Source of the DNA: Candidatus Micrarchaeia archaeon
Lineage (GTDB): Archaea > Micrarchaeota > Micrarchaeia > Anstonellales > J096
Reading direction: 5' to 3'
DNA length: 53,475 nucleotides
Assembly (NCBI GenBank): GCA_041500865.1
Contig: JBGQMY010000006.1
Coordinates: 1 to 53,475 of the forward strand
Notes under the pieces: model-generated
The model's input: only the letters and a program-made list of their open reading frames with translations
Told to the model about the DNA's origin: nothing
The model's database searches: none
Made by a program: the position numbers and the translations under genes
Shown: positions 43,599 through 52,980 of the stretch, piece by piece
Position numbering within the stretch: the stretch's first letter is position 1
Layout: each line of letters starts with the position of its first letter

Positions 43599-43830
43599 TT
43601 TAAGTCACCATTTTTTTCTTTAAGAGACAAAGCTTTATAAACTATCGGAACTTCTAGCATTTTATTCGCTCATTTAACACAAAATTCCGGATTTGTTTTC
43701 TGCTGCCCCAAATCTGATTTTTAGCGAAAAAAAGATGGGCGCAAGCGGCCATCAGCTTGGTCTCGCGGAATTGCGCAGCAAAACGCCAAGCAATGGTTTT
43801 TTTAAACCTTGCCTGGAACCAAACATCCAT

Positions 43831-44643
43831 ATGCAAAAGAATCCAACTGAACGGACATCCATCGGGCTCCCCAACCTTGACAAGCTCCTGGAAGGCGGGC
43901 TTCCAAAAGGGACCATAAACCTCGTTTCAGGGGCCTGCGGAACCGGAAAAACGATTATGGCGCTGCATTTCATCTACTATGGCGCGAAATACCTCAACGA
44001 GCCGGGCGTCTATATCACCTTGGAAGAGGACCCGGAAGAGCTGATAAACAACATGCGCCTTTTCGGCTGGGATATCGACGAATTGATAACCAAAAAGAAA
44101 ATCGCCATAATAAGGCCGGTAATCTATAAGTTTGATTCGCTGAAGCAAATCATAAGCGACGCCATCGGGAGGGTTGCAGCCAAGCGGATTGTCGTTGATT
44201 CCTATTCGGTCCTGCTCGGATATTTTTCAGACCTGTACAAGCTCAGGAACGGGCTTGTGCACCTTGACCAGGAAATCAAGAAGATGGGGTGCACCGCGCT
44301 CATCATTTCTGACATCAATGACGGCTCTGACATACTTTCGGCAAGCGGGCTGGAGGAGTATATCGTTGACGGGGTCGTGGTCCTTTACCTGATGAAAAAG
44401 CCCATTTACCCGTACGAGGCTTTCCGTGCGCTTTCAATAAGGAAAATGCGCTCCACGCACCATCCCCTGGACCTCTATCCCTTTGAGATAACCGACCAGG
44501 GCATAAGGTTTGACGGCAAGAGCTTGGAGGACATGCAAAACCCAGGCCGCAACGTAAGGCGGAAGGCCGAAAGGGGCAAGTGCTTAGGGGGCCTGCAAAA
44601 CCCAGGCCGCAACGTAAGGCAAAGGGCTGAGAAAGGTGGATAA
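43831..44643 (+). CDS. KaiC-like RecA-superfamily ATPase (single domain)
   Basis: GLPNLDKLLEGG, GACGTGKT, YITLEE, RIVVDS, EEYIVDGVV, IRKMRSTHH..YPFEITDQGI. Confidence 0.92.
   Translation: MQKNPTERTSIGLPNLDKLLEGGLPKGTINLVSGACGTGKTIMALHFIYYGAKYLNEPGVYITLEEDPEELINNMRLFGWDIDELITKKKIAIIRPVIYKFDSLKQIISDAIGRVAAKRIVVDSYSVLLGYFSDLYKLRNGLVHLDQEIKKMGCTALIISDINDGSDILSASGLEEYIVDGVVVLYLMKKPIYPYEAFRALSIRKMRSTHHPLDLYPFEITDQGIRFDGKSLEDMQNPGRNVRRKAERGKCLGGLQNPGRNVRQRAEKGG
44521..44640 (+). repeat. 60-bp tandem duplication (27-bp identical core) at the KaiC-like gene end
   Basis: TGCAAAACCCAGGCCGCAACGTAAGGC at 44534-44560 and 44594-44620; encodes QNPGRNVR twice. Confidence 0.9.
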
Positions 44644-47395
44644 GATCAAACCTTCAAAAAATCCGGAGCTGAGGGGCCAGGCATCGCTTGAGCAGATAAT
44701 ACTAATCGCAGTGCTTCTGGCATTCATCACTGCGGTGTTCGTGCTGGCTGCAAATTATTCCGCGAACACGACCGGAATCCTGCAGGCCCAGGACACGGTG
44801 GACCAGCTGACGGCAGCCGCCGACTTTGTCTATGCGCTAGGGCCGAATTCGGAAGAGTATGTAACCGTCTACCTGCCGAACAGCATGGTCAGCTGGAACA
44901 TAACCGGAAAATCGATAAAGCTGACGATGCAAACCAGCGCAGGCAGCACTGACGTGTTCTCATACTCCAAGGCGAACCTCGTGGGGGCGCTTCCGGCCTT
45001 CAGCGGCACGCAAAAAGTTCTTGTCGAATACCTGCCTTCCGGGGTGGTGAGAATCGGCGCGGGCTCGCTTTACTGCTCCCCGCCCACCATTTCCAGGGGC
45101 TTCACGGCAGGCAACAGCAGCAGCGATACTATAACAATCAGCAACATCGGCAGCAACAATGTCACGGGGATGAGCGCGGTCCTTTCAGGCGGGGGAGGCT
45201 CGCTGACCTCAATCGGGGACGTTTTGCCATCGGGCCTTGCCCCGGGCCAGAACGCCACCTTGGCAGTCAATTACAACATCCCCAGCTCGGCCGCAGGCGG
45301 GGTTTATGGCGCAATGGTCACGGTAAGCTCTTCCGGAGGCGATTCCTGCTCTTCCCAAATCACGCTGAGCGTGAACAGCCAGTCAACCTGCCAGGCGCAG
45401 TGCTGCCTAATCGGCTACGTCAATGGCACCTGCCGCGCATCACCGTCCCAGTGCATCATACATGCCGAGGACTACCGCCCTGAAAAGGATTCTGCATGCG
45501 GCGGCACCCCATCCACCCCCGATTGCTGCTGCACCCCGACCAGCGACAGGTGGGGGCCGCTGGCAAACATCGGCACCTGCATCGTTGCCAACAATTCGAT
45601 ATCTGTGCAGGGCATGTGCAACGACACCAGCGAGGGAAACGGCTACATCGCAAATGCGCAGATGCAGATTGACTTCGGGGACTGGGTGCAGGCGTACCCT
45701 TCGGACGGCGGCTCGTTCAACAGCTCATCCACGCTCAACGTGTCCGCCACATTCACCAACCTCAACCTGCTTGCCGGAGTGCACGTAGTCGGCCTAAGGT
45801 GCTTTGACACCTCAAACAACACGGGCTTCATCGCCTACACCAATTTCAGCATAGCCACCAATTACACCATCATCAACATAACCCAAAACGAAACCACATG
45901 CAGCATGCCCGCAATCGGGCCGATAATAACCGGCATCTGGCAGATGCCAACACCAGCCCAGAAATACCAGCCGCTGGCCATATTCGCAACGGCAAACGAC
46001 TCCGGCAACAGCACCATAACGAACTGCACCATAGACGCGGACAATGCAGACAGCTGGCGGATGATGGAGCCCGTGAATAGCACATACAACCAGACCAACG
46101 AAACAGTCATGTACAATTACACGGCCGGGTTCTCCGTAGGCCCGCACACCATACGGATAAGGTGCGTCGACGCCGCGAACGTCACCGGGCCGACCGCATA
46201 CTATTATTTCAACGTGACCGAGGCGGACATCCTCGGGCCGATTGTGATGAACGTTTCGCATACGCCCTATCCCACGACGATGTCAAACATCAGCGTAAGC
46301 GCCACAGTGACCGACATATACACCGGCAACAGCGACATACAGGACTGCCAGGTCAAGGTGGGCGCCGGCCCATGGGTCAATGCCAGCGCAGCCGACGGCG
46401 CATACGACAGCCCCACCGAGGACGTCGCCTACAACCTGGGTCCGGTGAGCACCGGCTTCCATACCATATCCTGGCAGTGCACTGACGCCCTGGGCAACGT
46501 GGGCGGCGTGTACAACGACAGTTTCGGCGTTGTGGACGTGGACGTCATGCTCGTGATCGACAAGTCCGGCTCCATGGCCGACAACGTGACCAACGTGGCG
46601 AACAGCAACGTGGTTTCGGCCGCCAGCACCGGCTGGTCGTGGGTGAAGAACCTGACAATAAACGCGACCAACGGGAACAGGGCGAACGTCACGACCGAGA
46701 TTGAGGCAAGCGCAACCAAGTGCATGGTGTCATACAACATCACAATAAACGGGATTATGGTGGCGGCCGGCAACCAGACGTCGACCAGCTATGTCAAGAT
46801 GATGAACAGCATTGACATCTCCGCCTTTTCCCCGCCATTCCAGGTCGCACTGTGGCTCAAGCGCAACGCGAGCGGATGCACTGCCTACAACCAGCTGTTC
46901 AGCGTGCAGCAGTCGCCAACCAAGATGTATGCCGCGCAGACATCCGCCAAGACATTCATCGGCATAGTCAACAGCGCAACCAAGGCCGGGCTGGTCTCTT
47001 TCAGCACCAGCGCGAGCACTGGCAAGACGCTTGCCTCCATGGGCCCGGCCAACGCGACCGCACTGGACAGCGCCATAGACGCGATTGCGGCGACAGGCAG
47101 CACGTGCATCGAATGCGGGCTGGACAACGGCGTGAACGAGCTCATTTCCTCCAGGGGCAGGCCAACAGCCAACAGGATAATCATCATGCTCACTGACGGC
47201 ATGAGCAACTCCGGCAGTTCCATCAATGGGGCGGTGCTGGCCAGGAACAACAACGTGACCGTATATACCATAGGGTTCGGCGGCGACGTGAACGACACGG
47301 AGCTGACGAACGTAGCCCTGCTGACCTATGGCGACTACTATTTCGCGCCCAATGCGGAGACGCTCACGCAGATATTCCTGAACATAGGCAAGTAA
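44636..47395 (+). CDS. Large pilin-adhesin: class III signal peptide, Ig-like repeats, Cys-rich module, vWA domain
   Basis: RG|QASLEQIILIAVLL; vWA MIDAS DVMLVIDKSGSM...T...IMLTDG, VYTIGFG; more than 30 N-x-S/T sequons. Confidence 0.88.
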   Translation: MDKIKPSKNPELRGQASLEQIILIAVLLAFITAVFVLAANYSANTTGILQAQDTVDQLTAAADFVYALGPNSEEYVTVYLPNSMVSWNITGKSIKLTMQTSAGSTDVFSYSKANLVGALPAFSGTQKVLVEYLPSGVVRIGAGSLYCSPPTISRGFTAGNSSSDTITISNIGSNNVTGMSAVLSGGGGSLTSIGDVLPSGLAPGQNATLAVNYNIPSSAAGGVYGAMVTVSSSGGDSCSSQITLSVNSQSTCQAQCCLIGYVNGTCRASPSQCIIHAEDYRPEKDSACGGTPSTPDCCCTPTSDRWGPLANIGTCIVANNSISVQGMCNDTSEGNGYIANAQMQIDFGDWVQAYPSDGGSFNSSSTLNVSATFTNLNLLAGVHVVGLRCFDTSNNTGFIAYTNFSIATNYTIINITQNETTCSMPAIGPIITGIWQMPTPAQKYQPLAIFATANDSGNSTITNCTIDADNADSWRMMEPVNSTYNQTNETVMYNYTAGFSVGPHTIRIRCVDAANVTGPTAYYYFNVTEADILGPIVMNVSHTPYPTTMSNISVSATVTDIYTGNSDIQDCQVKVGAGPWVNASAADGAYDSPTEDVAYNLGPVSTGFHTISWQCTDALGNVGGVYNDSFGVVDVDVMLVIDKSGSMADNVTNVANSNVVSAASTGWSWVKNLTINATNGNRANVTTEIEASATKCMVSYNITINGIMVAAGNQTSTSYVKMMNSIDISAFSPPFQVALWLKRNASGCTAYNQLFSVQQSPTKMYAAQTSAKTFIGIVNSATKAGLVSFSTSASTGKTLASMGPANATALDSAIDAIAATGSTCIECGLDNGVNELISSRGRPTANRIIIMLTDGMSNSGSSINGAVLARNNNVTVYTIGFGGDVNDTELTNVALLTYGDYYFAPNAETLTQIFLNIGK

Positions 47396-47444
47396 GCGGC
47401 ACGGGGCAGGGGAAAGTTTCCATGGGAGCGCAAAACACAGAAAT

Positions 47445-47933
47445 ATGGGAAGCGACATGAGCCAGACCAAACCAGGCCAAAAATCCCCCTGCACCGCAAC
47501 CAAGACTGCAAAACTGGGGCAAAGCAGCATCGAGTTTTTGTTCCTCATGGGAATAATGGCGGCTATTTTTGTGATAATCACGTTCGTTTCCTACCAAGCC
47601 CAGTCTGACACTGCCGCGCTGTCCGCGGATTTTGAGGCGCAAAGGCTTTGCCGTGAGCTCGCGTTCAGGATTTCCGCGGTGGACGCCGCCGGCAACGGAA
47701 CCGTCGCCGGCCTCGGCATGCCCGGAAAAATCGCCGGCTCCAACTTCACAATCCTCGTTTCCGGGCCCGGCCGCAGGCTCTCGATACTGTATGCCAAGGG
47801 CGTCGCGGGCTGCCCGTTGTCCACGTCAAACATAGCCAATGGCACAGGCACAGGCTCTGCCGGCAAATTTTACATCTACGGCGGCGAATCCAAATCCATA
47901 AAAAATATCGGCCAGGGTGTTGTTGTTGACTAG
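47445..47933 (+). CDS. Minor type IV pilin
   Basis: KLG|QSSIEFLFLMGIMAAIF. Confidence 0.8.
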   Translation: MGSDMSQTKPGQKSPCTATKTAKLGQSSIEFLFLMGIMAAIFVIITFVSYQAQSDTAALSADFEAQRLCRELAFRISAVDAAGNGTVAGLGMPGKIAGSNFTILVSGPGRRLSILYAKGVAGCPLSTSNIANGTGTGSAGKFYIYGGESKSIKNIGQGVVVD

Positions 47934-47943
47934 GCTATTTGGG

Positions 47944-48453
47944 ATGAAGGAAGGCGCAGCGATGAAGGCGCAGGCCAACCCGATTGATTTCATGGCAGCC
48001 GTATTCATTTTCATGGTGGTTTTCGGGTATTTCATGATTCTGTGGAACATCTTTTCGTTGAGGTACGCCGAGCGCGCAGAGACGCTGGACTGCGAGCTGT
48101 CTTCCATTGCAATTGCCGACCATCTGGTGAATTTTGGCGGCTACGGGGACAACTGGACAACTGCGCCCCAAAGCGCCCAGAGCGTCGGCTTTGCCAACAG
48201 GCCAAACGAGCTTGATTGGGCCAGAATCTCGTCTTTCGCGTCGCTTCCCTATGCCAGCCAGAAGCAGCTACTTGGGACTGCGCACGATTTCCTCATAAGG
48301 ATAGAAAGTCCGGACGGCGCGAGCTATGTCCGGATTGGCCAGGACTGGTCCGGCCAGGCGCAGAACAGTTCCGCGCGCTCGTCGGAAGTGACGCGGCTGG
48401 CCATGTTCAACGGCACAATCGTGGACTTGAGGGTTCGGATTTATGAAAAATAG
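47944..48453 (+). CDS. Minor type IV pilin
   Basis: KA|QANPIDFMAAVFIF. Confidence 0.78.
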   Translation: MKEGAAMKAQANPIDFMAAVFIFMVVFGYFMILWNIFSLRYAERAETLDCELSSIAIADHLVNFGGYGDNWTTAPQSAQSVGFANRPNELDWARISSFASLPYASQKQLLGTAHDFLIRIESPDGASYVRIGQDWSGQAQNSSARSSEVTRLAMFNGTIVDLRVRIYEK

Positions 48454-48514
48454 GCACATAAGGCAAACGGCAAGGCAGCGAAGCGGAGAAAAGGGCAGGA
48501 CATGAAGTGATTTG

Positions 48515-48955
48515 ATGAAAGGGAAAAGGGAAGGAAAGGGGTTCAAGGGCTTTATCTTCAGCATAGACGCAATCCTTGCAGTCTCAATCATGGTTATCTT
48601 CATTGCCGCCTCCTTCCTGCTAATCGCCAAATCTTCGGAAGACGCCTACGCAAACCTGCAAACGGTGCGGCTGGGAAAGGACATGCTGGCAGTCATGGAA
48701 AAAAGCGGCACATTCGCCCTCTGGGACAAGGGGGTTCTTGAGAACGCCATGGGTTCGTCGCTTCCGCAGGGCGCAGGGTTCCACCTGCAGCTGGACACCT
48801 ACAAATACGTCAACAGCACATTCGCCCTGGTGGAGTCAGGCCAGTACGGCCAACAGCTCCCGAAAAGCACCAATGTCTATGGGGCAAGGCGCGATTTCGT
48901 CACCATGAGCAGCGGGGAAACGGAATATACAATTGCGAGGCTGTGGATATGGTGA
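48515..48955 (+). CDS. Minor type IV pilin
   Basis: KG|FIFSIDAILAVSIM. Confidence 0.8.
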   Translation: MKGKREGKGFKGFIFSIDAILAVSIMVIFIAASFLLIAKSSEDAYANLQTVRLGKDMLAVMEKSGTFALWDKGVLENAMGSSLPQGAGFHLQLDTYKYVNSTFALVESGQYGQQLPKSTNVYGARRDFVTMSSGETEYTIARLWIW

Positions 48956-49863
48956 AAACAGCCGACGCCAGGCCATGCTTCAACGATTCAATGCATGATG
49001 CGGGGCAAGTTTCCCGGCCTCAACCGGCAGAGCCGCCGGGCAGGGCGGAAAAGCGCGGCATGTTCATGACGATTTCCGTCCTGATGCTTGGGATGATAAT
49101 CCTTTCCCTGGTCTTTTTCCTCTCGCAGCAGCTAATCACGTCAAATGCCTCTGCCGCGGAATCCGGCGACATAGACCGGACTGCCGGGACATATGCGAAC
49201 ATGGAAGACGAAGTTTCGCGGATAGTCTCGTTCTACATCAATGCCAGCGCCAACGGCGGCAACGTCACAATAGAGGAGCCGGTGCCATTTCCCGACAGGA
49301 TGTCAGCTGCGCTTGACGCCTTTTCGCAATTCGAGGCCAATTATGCCGAGCAGAACGTCTCCATCAACCTGACAAACACAGAGAAAGGGGATTTTATAAT
49401 CAGGCCAGGGGAGATTGCGGTAATCAACGCGCCGGGCAGCTTCACCGTAATTCCGCAGAACTCCACAGAAAGTTCCGGAAGCCTGCAGTCTTATTATGTC
49501 GAATTGACGTTTCCGGCAGGCAGCATCAAGTCCGCAAACTGGGGCCCCGTATCAAACGCCAGCGCCGACCTGGTGCCAGTCCATGTGCAGGCGCACGACC
49601 CGAATTACGCAGTGGTCCTTGACATATACAGCAATGTGGACAGGTACGGCACAAGCGTGCTCAACCTCACTGATGCCCTAAGCAACGGGACGCAGGTTGC
49701 GCTTGTGCGGTTCTCCTTCCCGGCCGCGCTCCAGGTCCAAACCGGCAGTGCAATAGGTTTAAAAACCATAGTTGGGTTTAATAATTCAGTCACTCTGGAG
49801 ACAGATGATACGATAAGCGTCCGGTCAACGGTGAACAAGACCGGGCGGGTGAGGATTGCGTAA
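48949..49863 (+). CDS. Minor type IV pilin (start uncertain)
   Basis: KRG|MFMTISVLMLGMII followed by a beta-rich domain with sequons. Confidence 0.75.
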   Translation: MVKTADARPCFNDSMHDAGQVSRPQPAEPPGRAEKRGMFMTISVLMLGMIILSLVFFLSQQLITSNASAAESGDIDRTAGTYANMEDEVSRIVSFYINASANGGNVTIEEPVPFPDRMSAALDAFSQFEANYAEQNVSINLTNTEKGDFIIRPGEIAVINAPGSFTVIPQNSTESSGSLQSYYVELTFPAGSIKSANWGPVSNASADLVPVHVQAHDPNYAVVLDIYSNVDRYGTSVLNLTDALSNGTQVALVRFSFPAALQVQTGSAIGLKTIVGFNNSVTLETDDTISVRSTVNKTGRVRIA

Positions 49864-49879
49864 AGGCAAGGGGGCAGCG

Positions 49880-50566
49880 ATGGCAAACATGGATATTTCT
49901 GAGCTCATGAAAAAAGAACCCCTCTCCTTTCAGGCAGACGAGACGATGGCGTCGGCTGCAAAAAAAATGGCACTTAACAGGCTTTCCGAAGTGCCCGTCC
50001 TGCGCGGCTGGAAATTCGTAGGCATGCTCCGCCTTTCCGACCTTGCGGCAGCAATCGTGAAGACCAGCCTGTTCCGGAAGCCCGCGCTCAGGAATGCGCG
50101 CGAAGTCCAAAACCAAACGGTCGGCAGGCATGTCAAGGCCCGGGGCGCCTGGCTAAAGCCCGACAGCGACATCCCTTCACTGCTCCTTTACTTAAAGCGC
50201 CAAAATGCCGGGCTGATTCCTGTCGTCGACCAGCAGATGCGGCTCGTCGGCGTCGTTTATGCCTCGGATGTGCGCAAAAAGATTTCAAAAATGCTCTTGG
50301 GCGGGCCGAAGGCGCCGACCCGCGCCTCCGCGCATCCGCAAAAGCCCGAGCGCCTCGAGGGCCAGACGCCCATAGACCAGCTGCTCCACCTGGTGGAGAA
50401 AAAGGGCTCCGTCCGCGCTGCAGACGCGGCCAGGCTGTGCGGCCTCTCGCGCGCGGAAATCCAGGACTACGCCAAATCGATGGAAAAGAACAATCTCGTC
50501 AGGATTGAATACGACCTGTTTGGCATGAAGCTTGTCCGGCCAGAACAGCCCAAGGAGGAGGTTTGA
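49880..50566 (+). CDS. CBS-pair plus winged-helix protein
   Basis: ISELM...EVPVL..FVGML..SDL and IPVVD..LVGVV..SD (two CBS motifs); C-terminal TPIDQLLHLVEKKG...AARLCGLS..EI..Y...NLVRIEY. Confidence 0.8.
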   Translation: MANMDISELMKKEPLSFQADETMASAAKKMALNRLSEVPVLRGWKFVGMLRLSDLAAAIVKTSLFRKPALRNAREVQNQTVGRHVKARGAWLKPDSDIPSLLLYLKRQNAGLIPVVDQQMRLVGVVYASDVRKKISKMLLGGPKAPTRASAHPQKPERLEGQTPIDQLLHLVEKKGSVRAADAARLCGLSRAEIQDYAKSMEKNNLVRIEYDLFGMKLVRPEQPKEEV

Positions 50567-50568
50567 CC

Positions 50569-52038
50569 ATGCAGCTTGCGGATTATACGATAAATGCGGA
50601 CGGGATAAATGCGAAGGTGACCGTTGCCAAAGAGCCCGGGGCGCTTATCCTATATACGGTATCCATCCCAAAGCCGGAGCCTGCAACAGCGACCTACCTC
50701 CAGACGATAGAAAACGACCTCCTCAAGAACGTCAAGCTGTCCTCGCAGGAAGTGCTTGACATCAACCTCATGGCCGAAGTCAAGAAAAAATTCCATGCCT
50801 TGGCGCTAAAGGCCGTCAACGAGCGCATACCGCACCTCACCCAGGAGAGAAGCACAGAGTTTGCCACCTACATCGTCCAGGAATTGCTGGGCCTCGGGGA
50901 TGTCGAATTCCTGCTGCATGACGATGACGTCGAGGAAATATGCATCAATTCCTCGCGCGAACCCATCTGGCTTTACCACAAGAAATATGGGTGGTGCAAG
51001 AGCAACCTGTGGGTAGGCACCGAAGCGAAAACATGGGACTACTCCAGCAGCATCGGAAGACGGGTCGGGAGGCAGATAAGCATAAAGGACCCGGTCCTTG
51101 ACGCCTCGCTGTCGTCCGGCGACCGCGTGAACGCCACGCTTGCGCCCATATCCGTGTTCGGCAACACCATCACAATCAGGAAGTTCAACCGCAAACCGTG
51201 GACCATAACGGACTTCATCGCGACAAAAACCATCTCGGAAGAGGCCGCGGCATTCCTGTGGCTTGCAATGCAGTATGAAATGAACATCCTCATCTCGGGC
51301 GGCACGGCCACCGGAAAGACCTCGATGCTTAACGCAATCTGCTCGTTCATGCCAACCAACCAGCGCGTGGTGTCAATAGAGCAAACACGCGAAATAACAT
51401 TACCTTCGGATTTGCAATGGGTCCCCCTCCTGGTGCGCCATGGCGCCAAGTACACGGAGGGGGACGTGACCATGCTGGAGCTGATGGTCAATTCATTGCG
51501 CATGCGCCCCGACAGGATAATCGTCGGGGAAATACGGACGGCAGAGGAGGCGGAGGTGCTGTTCGAGGCGATGCACACCGGCCACTCCGTCTACGCCACT
51601 ATGCACGCCGAGACCGTTTCAGAGACCTTGAAAAGGCTGGAGTCGCCTCCAATCTCCATCCCGACCGTGGCCATGGAGTCGCTGCATTTCGTGGTTTCGA
51701 TGTACCGCAACCGGAGAACCGGGATACGGCGCGTGTTTGAAATCGGCGAGTTCATACCTTCCGAGCATGAAGAGTGCTTGGAGACCAACAATATCTACCG
51801 GTGGCACCCGAACAACGATACCATAGCCGAGGAAAATTCGAGCGTCCGCATGATGGAAAACCTCAGCACCTATACCCAGATGAGCGAGGATGACATAGAG
51901 ACCAGCATGAAGGAAAGGGCCAGTGTGCTGCGCTACATGCGGAAAAACAGCATCAACAGCATAGAACGGGTGGGGAACGTGGTCATGGACTATTACGAGA
52001 ATCACGACAGCCTGATGAAAAAGGTCGGGAAACCATGA
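50569..52038 (+). CDS. Type IV pilus assembly ATPase (CpaF/TadA/FlaI family)
   Basis: LLHDDDVEEI, GDRVNAT, TITIRKF, GGTATGKT, LRMRPDRIIVGEIR, MHTGHSVYATMHAE. Confidence 0.95.
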   Translation: MQLADYTINADGINAKVTVAKEPGALILYTVSIPKPEPATATYLQTIENDLLKNVKLSSQEVLDINLMAEVKKKFHALALKAVNERIPHLTQERSTEFATYIVQELLGLGDVEFLLHDDDVEEICINSSREPIWLYHKKYGWCKSNLWVGTEAKTWDYSSSIGRRVGRQISIKDPVLDASLSSGDRVNATLAPISVFGNTITIRKFNRKPWTITDFIATKTISEEAAAFLWLAMQYEMNILISGGTATGKTSMLNAICSFMPTNQRVVSIEQTREITLPSDLQWVPLLVRHGAKYTEGDVTMLELMVNSLRMRPDRIIVGEIRTAEEAEVLFEAMHTGHSVYATMHAETVSETLKRLESPPISIPTVAMESLHFVVSMYRNRRTGIRRVFEIGEFIPSEHEECLETNNIYRWHPNNDTIAEENSSVRMMENLSTYTQMSEDDIETSMKERASVLRYMRKNSINSIERVGNVVMDYYENHDSLMKKVGKP

Positions 52039-52099
52039 AATCCCTTGCCAATCCCGCAAACAAATCAGAAGAAGCTTGCGGCGTTTGCGGTGAACGCGC

Positions 52100-52978
52100 A
52101 TGAAAGTCAACGCACCATTGCTTTTGATGCCGCAGCAGGCGGCCCTGAGCTTGGCGCAGCCATTTTACCGCGCATCGGTCAATTTTGTCAAAAAAAACAA
52201 ATCAATCCAGAAAGACTTTTACAAGCTGGAGACCGACCTGTCTGCGGAAGCATACATGAGCATGGTCATGCTGAACACGGTCTTCTACGCCCTGGTCGCG
52301 GGCATTCTGATGTTCATAGTGCTTGGAAAAACCGACATCAACCCGGCAGGCGGCGCGCTTGTGGCGGCCCTTTTCGCGGCAATGGCAGTTTTCGTGACCT
52401 CGCTCGCTTACCCGAAGTGGCTCATCAACAAAAAAGTGAAGGAGATTGACAGGAACCTGCTTTTTGCGGCGCGGCACCTCAGGGTGCAGACGACAGCCGG
52501 CGTTTCGCTTTTCAACGCCCTTGTCTCGGCGTCAAGCGGATACGGCGCGGTGTCGCAGGAGTTCGAAAAGATAGTGGCAAGGATACACGGCGGGGTAAAC
52601 ATGGTTGACGCCCTGGACGAGTCGGCCGCAAGGAACCCGTCGCATTATTACAACAAGATAATATGGCAGCTCTCGAACGCCATCAGGTCGGGCACCGACG
52701 TGGGCCCGGTGCTCGTGGAAATCGTTGATCTCTTTATGGAGGACCAGCGCATCCAGATGAAGGAATACAGCGCGCAGCTCAACACCCTCGCCATACTCTA
52801 CCTGCTGCTTTGCATCATAGTGCCGACGCTCAGCCTGGTGTTCATGCTGGTCATTTCGTCGTTCGTGGACATACCGATAACAAACGAGGTGCTTGTCTTT
52901 GTGCTGTGCGGGGTGATATTCATGCAGTATATGTTCATAGGCCTGATTGGGAGCAGGAGGCCGTCAGTCTCGGTATAG
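52100..52978 (+). CDS. TadC/PilC-like (T2SSF) membrane platform protein
   Basis: EIDRNLLFAARHL...AGVSLFNAL...YGAVSQEF...ALDE...WQLSNAIRSG plus TM segments. Confidence 0.9.
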   Translation: MKVNAPLLLMPQQAALSLAQPFYRASVNFVKKNKSIQKDFYKLETDLSAEAYMSMVMLNTVFYALVAGILMFIVLGKTDINPAGGALVAALFAAMAVFVTSLAYPKWLINKKVKEIDRNLLFAARHLRVQTTAGVSLFNALVSASSGYGAVSQEFEKIVARIHGGVNMVDALDESAARNPSHYYNKIIWQLSNAIRSGTDVGPVLVEIVDLFMEDQRIQMKEYSAQLNTLAILYLLLCIIVPTLSLVFMLVISSFVDIPITNEVLVFVLCGVIFMQYMFIGLIGSRRPSVSV

Positions 52979-52980
52979 GA

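Noticed and set aside
44534..44620. 27-bp repeat with 33-bp gap as a mini CRISPR array
   Set aside because: Only two copies, the flanks are also similar (60-bp tandem duplication), it is in frame within a CDS, and there are no cas genes.
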